Shown here: in pieces, positions 53,101-64,000 of the stretch | Layout: every line of letters begins with the position of its first letter | Numbering within the stretch: position 1 is the stretch's first letter | NCBI GenBank assembly: GCA_000934665.2 | Contig: KZ538193.1 | Location: 1-64,000 of the forward strand | Length of the DNA stretch: 64,000 nt | DNA from: Catajapyx aquilonaris | Lineage: Eukaryota | Direction of reading: 5' to 3' | Notes under the pieces: generated by a model | What the model saw: only the letters and a program-made list of their open reading frames with translations | Database searches by the model: none | What the model was told of the DNA's origin: nothing | Position numbers and translations under genes: made by a program

Positions 53101-56100
53101 GCTGGAGCGAAAAAAAGAGTAAGGCAGTGGGATGACAGCAAAAGTTCTTTTTTACCAGGATGCGACACAGGAACTAATGGCATTTAATGGAGGAAATAGG
53201 GTTTAGGTGTTTTGTCGATTCAGTTTTCCCTTTTTGCACTCCGCCTTCTCCCCCAGCACCCCACACGAATGGTATCAGTGGAGTTTCCGAGCAATAAACT
53301 CCCCTGGCTGGATTTTCAGAGGGAAAGATTTATCTTCGGTAGCTGTGGGGTGGGATGGGGAGGCTGTCATCAGCTTGTGTATACAGGGTGTAATTTTTTG
53401 GAACTATATTTTGTCTGTCAGGGATTCTGAATCCTTTGCTTCCTGCTTTGGGGGTCGGTTTCGGCAATCTTGTTTGCAGGGTGTGGTAATAACAAGTGTA
53501 GCATGTTTTGTACCTGATGGGTTCACACCAGAGTCGTTTTCTTTGGTCTTCGTAGTTGGGATCAATCAAGTAACCCTTTCTTGTGATAATATAGGAAAGG
53601 ATCCGTGTCTATAAAAGTATATGTGAAGGCCTCTCCATCCACACATGAACTGGTTGGAAAATCCAATAGAGCTAACTGTTGTTGTGGAAGAGCTTGAAAT
53701 GTCTTGTATTGGCTGCTTCATATAAAAACTCAACCCTAAATTCATGGCTAAGTGAATGCAATAATTATTGGCATCATTCGCCTTGACACTTAGAAGAGAC
53801 ATGGAGGATTGACGTCTGCTGGTGCTGATAATGGCATCATTAAACTAATTTTAGTGATAAGGAATTAAAAATTGACGAAATGCGAATGGTGCCACAAAAC
53901 CCGAAATTACAGTACGTTATATCAGATTTAATGTATAGGATGAATATATACACACGTTGATTCGATATTTCTCATTTTACACTTATTAATATTATATTTT
54001 TACTCGTATTATTATATGGCAAAAAATTCTATACTGAACAACTCCGCACCAAGAGCCCATGTTTATGCAGGGTATTTCTGAGAAAGCAATGTCCAAAATT
54101 GCCTGCAAATTTGTAGCTAAAACAATAGCATGAGTTATCGATCCTGCACGTTTTATCTGGTACAATTTAACTTGGCCATTTACTGAAATAGCTTTGGTCG
54201 TTCCTTGTACAGAAACACCAGCACGTGCTTCCCAGGGTATTGCCGGGTTATTCGTTCGGGCTATACTTTGTTATATAAACAGCAAGGAGATTACACTATT
54301 TTCCTGCGCCATTATCACACGATCATGCAAAATATGCAGTGCAAGTGCCCATTTGCACGCCATAGGACTCCTTTTAATCGTCAACAGCCTGTCAATACGT
54401 CACTAGTTCCCACATAAACAAATCATGTAAAGGTACGGCATAAACCTTGCGACGGTTGACCAGTTCCTTCAATTTTTCAAGCAATCGGTGATCGTATGAT
54501 CAAGCTTATATTGATTGATTATGTTGTAAACAAGCTTCGCGGTGTGGTCTGGTGTGTTGTGAGAAAATATTCGGAAATAACTGCAAAATGTCGCCAATTA
54601 TTGTTAGATAGTGTAATGTACAAATCCTTCTAGAATTGAAAATTATCAATAGTGGCGAAATTATAAAAATTTTCTAACATTATCAGTTACTCACAAATGC
54701 CATTTTATTATAACTGACTGAGTAACAATTGCACTTGTGGGGACTTGCTAAAATATTTTCTGCTAAGATTGTGCTGATATATAGTCCCTTTGTTGATGTG
54801 TATGTGCAATGACTGTAGCCTGTACAGTATTATCTTTTTATTTTTCGTGCAATTTGCGTATTATATTGAGTTATTTATATTTTATATCACTCTTGGAATT
54901 CATTCAGTCTAACCCTGACCAACCAAAATAATTTAAAAAGTGAATATTTATTTACGTAACTATTACTCAAGCCCTTCATGTAGCCTCCAGAGATTCAAAT
55001 CTGTACATATACTGTGCACAGGCGACTAATTTCTAATTTACAAGTTGACCTTTATATTCACCGAGCAGCGTACTTTGGATGCAACTAGTTTATTAGAAAG
55101 CGAGTTTGGGTCGAAGGGCGTTCCAAGCAAAACGTTGCAAAAAATATGGCGGCAGAAAAGTGTTTGGAGGGCGTGGTAATTAGGTGTTAAATGACATCTG
55201 AACGCAATTTGTAAAAGACAATGACGTAGCAGCGGTCCGGCAAGTGCGGTAACGGCAGCTAATTTAGGTCCGCCTTGGCGGGGGGGCGTCTCTCTCGACG
55301 GTCCAAATGAAAATAGTTGGGGGCATTGGCAACATGCAGTAGCCCAAATGCGATTAGGCCTCGTGCGACAACCCATTAGGGTCCCTTTGTCGCCTTCGAA
55401 TAACCGTCATTAGTAACCAGAAATCGGACGAATCAATTTAAAAAGTTTCCTCTCTTGACGGAAATCATTACTCAAAATTATACGAAGCACTGGTATAGTA
55501 CTGGTCCACACATTTTATTTCTAGATTTTGACGAAGTTCCAAAAAAATTCGTGTCTATATATATTTTTTAAAAAACTGGTTTGCTGTATTGTTCGGTAGG
55601 CTTCTAGGAAGAAGTTGTTGGGAAGTTTGACCTGAGGGCATGATGAATTAATGGAGCGAGTCATGCTCGGCCGTTTTTGCCAATTAAATCTCTCTTATCA
55701 GCGGTCAGTTCAATTAGAAAAAAATATTCACAAGGTCTCTCAGGACATCTGTCCCGCTGTGTGAAAGGCAGCATGAGTTCAGTTATAAACTGACACGCTT
55801 CATCAATGCCTTACAAGTTACTTTGCAAGGTGATGGAACACTAATTGACTCAACCTCACCTTCATGGTAACATCTGAGCACATTTTATTATATTATGCTG
55901 GTGTACACTCTTATTGTCAGTATAGCGTGCATCATGTAACCTCAGTACAAGTGTTGTAGATCACACCTGGCATGTTATGGTCTACTTGTTACAATGCAGC
56001 AGAACAATAATTACGTTTCACAGAAATGGCGTTAAAAATATAATCCGAGTCCCTTAAACAAATGATTAATCATTCATGTCATACTGTACATCATATCGCC

Positions 56101-56458
56101 GGGATTATTTGGGACACTGTGCCCTGCAGGGTCGCCTGATTTCGTGTCCCGTTAGCGAAAATCCAAGTCCAGCAGTCCGTGAGCAAGAGAAAACCCAATA
56201 TCGCTGCGGTGTCCCCCAGGTCTTATATGTGCCCAGAGCTTGCGTGCCATCAATGGGTCTATTTATCTAGGGCTTGAAATTAATTTATCATCTTTCCTTG
56301 CTTCGTGCAGGAACGCACTATTAATTTAATTATCTTTCCCGTTTAATTGGATTGATACGTCGCTCCCTTCTCGAGCGGCGAGTGGCAGCCAACGTCATGC
56401 GAACGCGACCAAACACGACATAGTTTTTTTTCTTCGTAGTGGTCGCGTTTTATATCTA

Positions 56459-56552
56459 CAGGGTGTGTCAAAAGTGACTTTCAGAGATTTGGTGCAAATG
56501 TACACCCGGTATGTTTTAAGCATAAGGTGACACTTTTTTATGTCCGACCCTG
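56459..56552. mobile_element. Degenerate Tc1/mariner-type MITE (94 bp)
   Basis: TA|CAGGGT … ACCCTG|TA with loosely complementary subterminal sequence (AAAAGTGAC / GTGACACTTTT). Confidence 0.4.
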
Positions 56553-59150
56553 TACGATGTCCTATAAGCACTGCATGTTTGCTATGCCTTTTGATTTATA
56601 CAGTGTACAGGGAAGTAAGGGATTCCTTTTCCTTGGATCGATTCTCTAGAAGCAGTCATGGCGTCTCTCTCTCTCAGAACCAAACCGACATTTTGCTCTA
56701 AAGGACGTGCCCCAGAAGTGAGCTGTACATCGTCTGGTTAGATAGAGTGAAAAAGTGGAATATATAAGTCAACAGATTTCGTGGAGAAATAACCGACGCA
56801 TGTCACAGCAGCGGTCTCTCAAATTTTTTTGGGTGTATGTATGTGTCGTGTTATCCTTCGGTGAGTCCCTGACAGGTTTGTCCCAGGTCCAAAACGCACC
56901 ACTGTTCCGGCTGTCACGCCATGTAAACAATTCATTTGATTCCTGTCAAGAATGAAGCATTGGGGCTAGACTTTGATCAGGAGGGTAAAGAATGATTGTT
57001 TGGCAATTTTCGGGTGGGACCCGGGGAATGTTGCCGCTGCAATTATATATACAATTTTTTTTTCGACGTCGACAAAATTAGATTCCGTCGTCGCTTGTAA
57101 ACAAACGGTTAAAAGCGTTTGCGATGAGGTTATCCGCAGGACAGATTTGATTTACAACAACCTTGCGCGCAATGACATGTACTGAGCGTGGGTTCATGCA
57201 TGCCGCATTCACTTTCATCCGATAACAGCCATGTTCAACGCCATATTTGTCAGTGATTCGCTGCAAAAACATGCACATCAACTTAATTTTATGTTATTTT
57301 AATACTTGACAGCTAAAATGTTTTTGTTGGTTTTCATCATCATTCCTATGCATGAAAAAAATATTATCTGGTGATTTTGAGCCCAACTTTTCCAATTTGC
57401 AACTCATTTAATCGCCAAAGTAATTGTTAGGGCCATCTTGAATTATAATGAATAAATAACTGAATCAATAATTTTGCGCACATTAGATGGACACCAATGT
57501 TTTATTCAGGCTACTTGAAGTGCAAAACAACTGATCAAGATATACCCAAAATTTTCAGCTGTCCAAAAAAGTAGTGTGACATTTTAAACATTTTTTATTT
57601 ATTTTATTTTTTTATTATTTATTTACCCCTTGCTCAGGACGTTTCGTCCTGGGACATTTTAAACATTGTTTATGTGTTACTGTCAAAGTGAAACCAGCAC
57701 TGCATGAATCAATTGCTGCTAAACTACCTAATATATCCGCCTCGGTGTTTACTGCTTTAGGTGGTGCATAATTTGGCAGTCTCCGCCAATTCTAAACACA
57801 ACTGTACAGCAAGGTAATGCAAGCTTTCAGAAACGGACTGTCATATCACACCCACTCCTAATGTATTCTTGCTGTTAAGTCCGTCAGATAAAGCCCGCAA
57901 TTTTGTATTGCGCAAAGCGGCCACTCGGTGCTGCTAATGCATTTTTAACAATAATGAGCCAGAGCCAACAATATGCTCAGCTTGAGTGCTGTTGTTATAC
58001 CGTTTCCTGTTTATGTTCACTGTCAGTGTTGTACTGCTATGTATATTTTCCAACCACAACACAGTTTTTTTTTTAAAGCCCAAAATTGATATCAGAAGTG
58101 TGGTTCACCCCCTGTGTTTTAGAGAGTGCTAAGAAGGCAAGAAAAGAGGGGGTATTATAAAAGTCAATTTGAGAAGCCTGCGTGTCGGAGGCATTTCGTG
58201 TCTGATGGCAGGTCCAATGGCTACCGGAAGGGAAGGGTTTCATGAGGAAGGAGGTGGGCGGGCGAAGGGGTCAGCCGAGGTCCACTACCATTTCCTCGTC
58301 TCGGGCATCAGTTATTCAGCTCAGCCCCCCCACACCAAGTCAGCTCTAATTTGCAAGAGTTAGAACCTTTTTCCTGTTGGCCCAACTTTTGCTGCGGACT
58401 TATTATTATTATTTATCCCGCACCGATTCTAATCGGAACTGTTTTTCATGTTTCATGAACCTTGTGAGTAATACCGAAATGGATTTTCAATAGATAACAA
58501 TTACCGAGGCCATACTTGTTAGATGAACAGCGATGTGGACTCTTACGACTTGACGGCCCGTTACAGCCCTGCAATTATTCAAATCTCTGATCAGAAAATT
58601 ACTGTTTTTTTTCCTCCCCAGTCCAGTTCGGACTATAGAGCAACACCAGGATACAGAAAAGCAGAAAAATAGGACGCCGGGCATGAAAAGGGAAAGGTCC
58701 GGCCCCCGAGCATCAGGTGTAAATACAGCAACCTTCATTTTAACTGAATAGTTGATTTGTTGTCTGAGGCAATGTCAACAGCAGGACTGATTCCTGGTAC
58801 TAGCGAACTGCTGTGCGAGCCATGGTGTGGTTGGGTCGCACCATGAATAATGCAAATCGCCCCGGTTGTTCATCAGGCCCATACATCTAATTTCTCGGCA
58901 CAATTAAAGGTTCAGCAATGTTTGCAGCGCAAGATATATCGAGTGTGTGTCTGCGACTTCTACTCTATAGCTTCTAATTTTTGTGCGGGGGCAAAACCTT
59001 TATAACAGAGACATCCTGCAGGAACATGTAGTCATGTGGAAAATAGGTTTCGCGTGCCATAAACAATAAAGAGGCGCACGAACCGCTTCATGTTACATTG
59101 TTTGTACATATCATCACCACAAGTGCCACTATTTTATCCAGTATAAGTGG

Positions 59151-59373
59151 ACAGTGTTATGCAATAATGAGTCAACCCACATGATAAGCGTTTTGAGAAA
59201 AGGGGATTTGAAATTGAATATCGCACCTGTGAAATCAATTCAAGAGTCCTATTCGGTCATTTATGTCACCAGCTTGATTTTAGCTGCATGAAGTATGATC
59301 CTTAGTGTATGTTCCTGGGCTTAACTCAATTTTGGCATTTTTTGTGGGTTGACACATTATTGCATAACACCGT
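59151..59373. mobile_element. MITE-like element with 31 bp TIRs
   Basis: ACAGTGTTATGCAATAATGAGTCAACCCACA versus reverse complement of right end ACGGTGTTATGCAATAATGTGTCAACCCACA (29/31). Confidence 0.8.
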
Positions 59374-60645
59374 CAAAAAGTGAGCCAAAAACGAGTTGTG
59401 CCGGAAAGTAAGAATAATTATCTGCTGCTTTTAATTGAAAATAATTTTAATATGCTCTATACCATATAACCGGCAAAGCATCATCACCATCATCAGCGCA
59501 TGCAGATTGAATCGGCAGACATTGCTTTTCGGACCTGCACTAAGCATTCACGTCACACGTCCCGTAATATTCGATTAATAACCGCGGCGCATGTCACTTC
59601 TAGTACATGTCCACGAGCCTCCTTTCCGGCCCCATTTTCCTCCCCTCGTTGTTGAACTAATAGGATTGCCCTCCATTCTGAGCCAAACGCCAATGGCTTC
59701 CTACATCAGAGATAGAGAGAGAGAAAAAAAGAGTCGAACTATTGATGGACAATGTTGGAGGGATGCTGCTGGATCCCAATCCTTACAGAGTATATATGGA
59801 GAGGGGGGAAAGAGTGTCTATATAGACTCTTCCACACATGGAAGTGGTTGCTGGCAATCGCATCCATGGAAGCTCGGCCTGCGTTGAGCTGCTGGGAGCT
59901 AACGAGAAAATCGGATTACACGCTGCTTGCCGGGTTTTGCGGAGAGCCCAGTGCTAATAGCACCCGCCTCGGGGATAGACTCACTTTTCACTACACACTT
60001 CTTAGGTAAAAGGATCAGGCAACGCTGCGCTGGGTGCTGGGTGTGACGCTTGTTATTTCCAGGGCAAAATAGTCAGCTCGAAAATGGAGTCTGCAACCTC
60101 AAAAATCACATTTCTATAGTAAAATTTCTAGTAAAACTCTCAATAGGAAAATATAGAAAAATCTGGAAGCGTTGATATAGGTCATCAAATTTGACAACAA
60201 TACATTTCCATAATTATATCCAGCCATGTATATATAGCACGATGCACCAATGAATTTGTCAACTGCCAGATCACATATGGGCTGTAATATCATATTATGT
60301 GGACAGTCTCTTTAAATGAAATTAATAAATGAAATCACGGCGATAATTGAGCTGTGATGATTGTAGTCGGGGTGGGATCGATCGAAGCCGAAAACGATGA
60401 CAAAATTAATAGCCTCACAATATAATTATGGAAAGCCCATGTCGTTGTGTACAATCGCTGGCAGTGTAATTCCATTCGTCAATAAACGGAAACAGCCCCC
60501 GCTTGTTTTGTGGCAGTGATTGTCTCTGAATAATATCGCCTCTCGCTGTTTGTATAACCGGCTGTTAATTAAATCTCCGAAGCTTCTCCCCCGGTTTTTG
60601 TCTATACACCTGCTGGTACAGCAGGCAGAATAAGCTGAGACTGAC

Positions 60646-60965
60646 CTGAACTCTGACCTCCGGCAGGTTGACCTTCATGGCCAGCTCCTCCCTGCTGTAG
60701 ACGTCTGGGTAATGAGACTTCTCAAATGCCCTTTCTAGCTCGTGGAGCTGGTAGGTGGTGAAGGTTGTCCTGTTTCGCCTGTGCTTCTTCTTTGGCTCTG
60801 CTCCTTCTCCTCCTGTGTTGCTGGCTCCTGTGCTCGAGGTGCTGCTGGTGCTGCTGGCACTGCCTGCCGAGTTGGCGGTGCTGGCCAGCTCGGCGCTGTT
60901 GTGGTGCTGGTGGTGCTTCTCAGGGATTGGGCTCGGTCCCTTCACATCCGGAGAGCTCTCATCAT
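60646..60965 (-). CDS. Rx: Rx internal coding exon (homeodomain residues 1-46)
   Basis: Acceptor tacttttcgcag (phase 1), donor CAG|gtcagt. Encodes …[49 protein letters not shown], the diagnostic Rx homeodomain. Joins in frame to the exon starting at 41314. Confidence 0.97.
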
Positions 60966-63900
60966 CTGCGAAAAGTATAGCAGAATGAGATCAGTCGCCT
61001 TGCTAGAATACAGAAACATTCGGCCGGTTGAACTCCACCCCGACTCCCACCACTTCGTCGCGTAGTAAAGCTCACGAAAGCTAGAGGACATATTTATTTT
61101 GACAAATTTGTACCATGCACTTTTTAAAAAATATTAGAAGGTAAATTAATGAATCAAGAACATTTGTCACGATTCTACTCATTTAAAACAATTGCCCGAT
61201 TATTTGGCGGACACTCTACAGTGTACATCAAAAACAAATCCGTTGTTAACCCACTTTGAGGAACTTCCCAACCTCTTTGACCTTCCTTCCACACAAACTT
61301 GAACCGCCTGATAAATCCCTCCCCACCTCCCCACCCCCACCAAAACCAGCACCTCCGAAAAGATCAATCCAGTTTCATGCCTTGTCGCCCTTACTTGAGA
61401 AGATATTTCACTCCCAGCTCTTCAATTCACGTCCCATTCGCAAGTGACGCGCATAAATAATCAGACAATGGAGCCAGGAACTTGATTGTGGATCTGGTGG
61501 TGGTCTAGGGAGGGTGCAGGGTGGGGGGGGGGGGCTTATAAGCCGGCGGCTTATAAATTGAGAGATTCAGACCAGACTATCAATTGCCTGGGTGCGTGCA
61601 TACTTATCTCCAGGTGCCATCTGTAATACTCAGCATTTGAGTCACTCGCTTACAACAAAATTGTTGCCGATTTGCATTGTTGGACCCGGATTAGTGTGTA
61701 TATACCCACACGCTGCTGCCATGTCTCAAAAAGCTGCTATCTGGATTAATAGCCTAGCTAAGTTTTCACAGCTCACAGGTTGCATTGACAAAATGGAAGT
61801 GGCTCACGCTAATGGTAAGGCCACCGTGCGGCCAGCTCTTATCAGCCGCCCGCTTTATTACCACCAAGGGAGCGGGCAATGTTTTCGCTTTGTAAGTGGT
61901 TGCGTGCAAACGATTCTGACTTCGCATGCGTTTCTCTATTAAGCCTTTGTCAAAAATTAGCCAGGCTTGAAGCCCAAGAAGGTAGGGGGGTGTGCAAGCC
62001 GGATAGAAAAAAAAGACACAACAACAACAACGAGGTAGAAAAAGCAACCCCCCTCCTATACGAAATGAGTGTGGTTAAGTCAATTAACCGCAGCTGTTAG
62101 CGGTTTAAAGGTTCTCGTCTCTTGCAATTAGCGTGTCGGTTTAAATTAGCGAGCGAGGTGCCACCCGGTTCCATCCTTAGTCTCGGTTTTGGAGTGTGGT
62201 TGTTTTTCGGGTGTAACACTGTCGATCAAGAGACGGGTGGTTGATGTACCAGAGGGGGGGACACACTGCTGAGTTTCAGTGTATATGCAACGAGTGTGTG
62301 TGTGTGTATACCCGGAACGGAGGGTTGGAGAGACCCCCGCTTTGTGTGTGTGTGAAAGTAATAATATTTCACATCTGTTTGCACTTCTTGGTTGGGTGCG
62401 CGCAAAATGAGCGCGTGCCATTTCCAATGCGTGGCCGGGCCCCATTGTGAAACGAGGATTTGGCGTACTGTCATCGGTCAACTTGTTGTGTGCTGTGGGT
62501 CATCCATCATCATCTTTGCCACGGTTTAAAATTCTGGATGAGTGAGACGCCATGAGACTTTGATGTAACGGGGATTTACAACAATGAGGCCTTGATTTCT
62601 CCTCAGCAACATTGGCAGTTGTACGAATATTTTCAAGTTGACAATGTCGTATAAGGGAAAAATTGATATAAATGCGGAAATCTGGTTTTAGGGGGAGAGT
62701 TCATTAAGAACATCTGGCTGACTTCCGGATTTTCTGACCCTCCCCTACCCCAACCCATGCCACACACTGGGCCATCACGAAAGTCTTAACACCGCCAATC
62801 TACCTCTGCATGACTCATGTATAATCTGTGTTTCAGTTTGAACGTTTTGGCTGAATCACCATGCAATGCAAATCGTTTGTAGTTGTCGCCCCCTCCTAAT
62901 CGAGACAAGATTAATTATTGTAGGCCTTATACTCCCGTTTCAGTCACAAGACTCTTAATTAATCTGTTGGTGTAGGCACATACCAACATTGACAAGGCAG
63001 AATCTATGCAAGCTGGAAGGCCCCGTGGTATTGCAATAGGTTAGGAGTTAATTTTCATCAACATTCAATAATTATAAATTATGGCAAATCCTATTACTTC
63101 ATAATTTTCCAACTTGCGGATAGCCAATTGCTGAGTAGACATTTTTCCTGTAGATTATTGCTTTTAGCAGCTACTTTCCAACAGTTGATATTAGGTTATA
63201 ATTATATACCTATATAATATTAGTTGTAACTGTTGATTATAATGGCTGTCATCCAGGACTTGAATTGCAATAAATTTATGAGCCAATAAGGCATTCCCAA
63301 ATGACTCAATTGGCTTATACATGGTCACCTAAAGTCAGTGGTTGAACCCATTCCTTTCTCTATATACTAGTCTACTGTAGATATGGCCTGCCAGAGTACT
63401 TCAAAAATGAGTTTTATTCACTTGTCAGGATCAAGCAATTTTCATAAGATAACACAGTAACGTCGAAAATATAAGGTATGTCATAAATATATTTTAAAAT
63501 ATATATCGCACGTCAAACCTGTCCAAAGATATGAACAGTATAACTGAATTTTACCGGGACAATTTTGTTATGGACTTTGGAAGCACATAAGAAGGATGTC
63601 CCTCTGGATAAATGACATTATGGTTGCTATAGCGATGGTAAATCAACTGGCCCTCCTGACCGAGATTCGGTCCATAAGATGATTTTGGTCTGCCTTCAAC
63701 GCTTTAGACATTTCAATTGGAAACTGTGCCCAAATCTGGCAAAAACTGCAAAAAGTGGATACTAAAGTTCAGATATTTTATTGTACGTAAATTATTTCCA
63801 TTAGTTTTCTGTTATGGAGACATTTGACTGAGGGATGTTAGAAGTGATGTGGAATAAGTTCCAATGTATTACACACTCTTTCTCAAGTCATTATTACACA

Positions 63901-64000
63901 ACACCATTTTAATAAAAGTCTCTACAAATGTCACAGCGAGAAGCACTGTGTTACTGCTAGTAGAAATTATAGAGAAGGTGGAGCCCCGTTCGGTTATATG

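Noticed and set aside
13303..54566. About a dozen scattered Su(H)-like YGTGRGAA motifs
   Set aside because: Count is only modestly above rough chance expectation, and I saw no paired-site arrangement.
50161..62379. Exact 16-mer AATATTTCACATCTGT at about 50161 and 62364
   Set aside because: An AT-rich 16-mer match can arise by chance in this length, and the flanks do not align.
60966..64000. Search for the Rx 5' exon (octapeptide) or orthopedia
   Set aside because: No matching coding sequence recognised; presumed to lie outside the window.

Overview
Eukaryotic (animal, probably arthropod or other protostome) genomic DNA with spliceosomal introns, microsatellites and short repeats. No prokaryotic, CRISPR or rRNA features. 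It holds two convergent (tail-to-tail) PRD-class homeobox genes. The first is homeobrain (hbn, + strand, four coding exons, 14433-23785, about 334-350 aa, eh1/octapeptide plus Q50 homeodomain). The second is the 3' part of Rx/retinal homeobox (- strand, exons 60965-60646 and 41314-40811, with homeodomain, Rx motif and OAR; its 5' exon(s) were not found in the window). This is two-thirds of the known homeobrain-Rx-orthopedia (HRO) cluster. The least explained item is a small ORF at 865-1227 (-) with a strong Kozak context, signal peptide, acidic propeptide and a cysteine-rich mature region, which looks like a secreted toxin- or defence-peptide precursor. The non-coding space holds two tRNA-derived SINE-like elements, several MITE-like inverted-repeat elements, long perfect palindromes, and a dense Otx/Q50-homeodomain motif cluster in the 19 kb Rx intron. 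All calls come from manual reading; no database searches were run.
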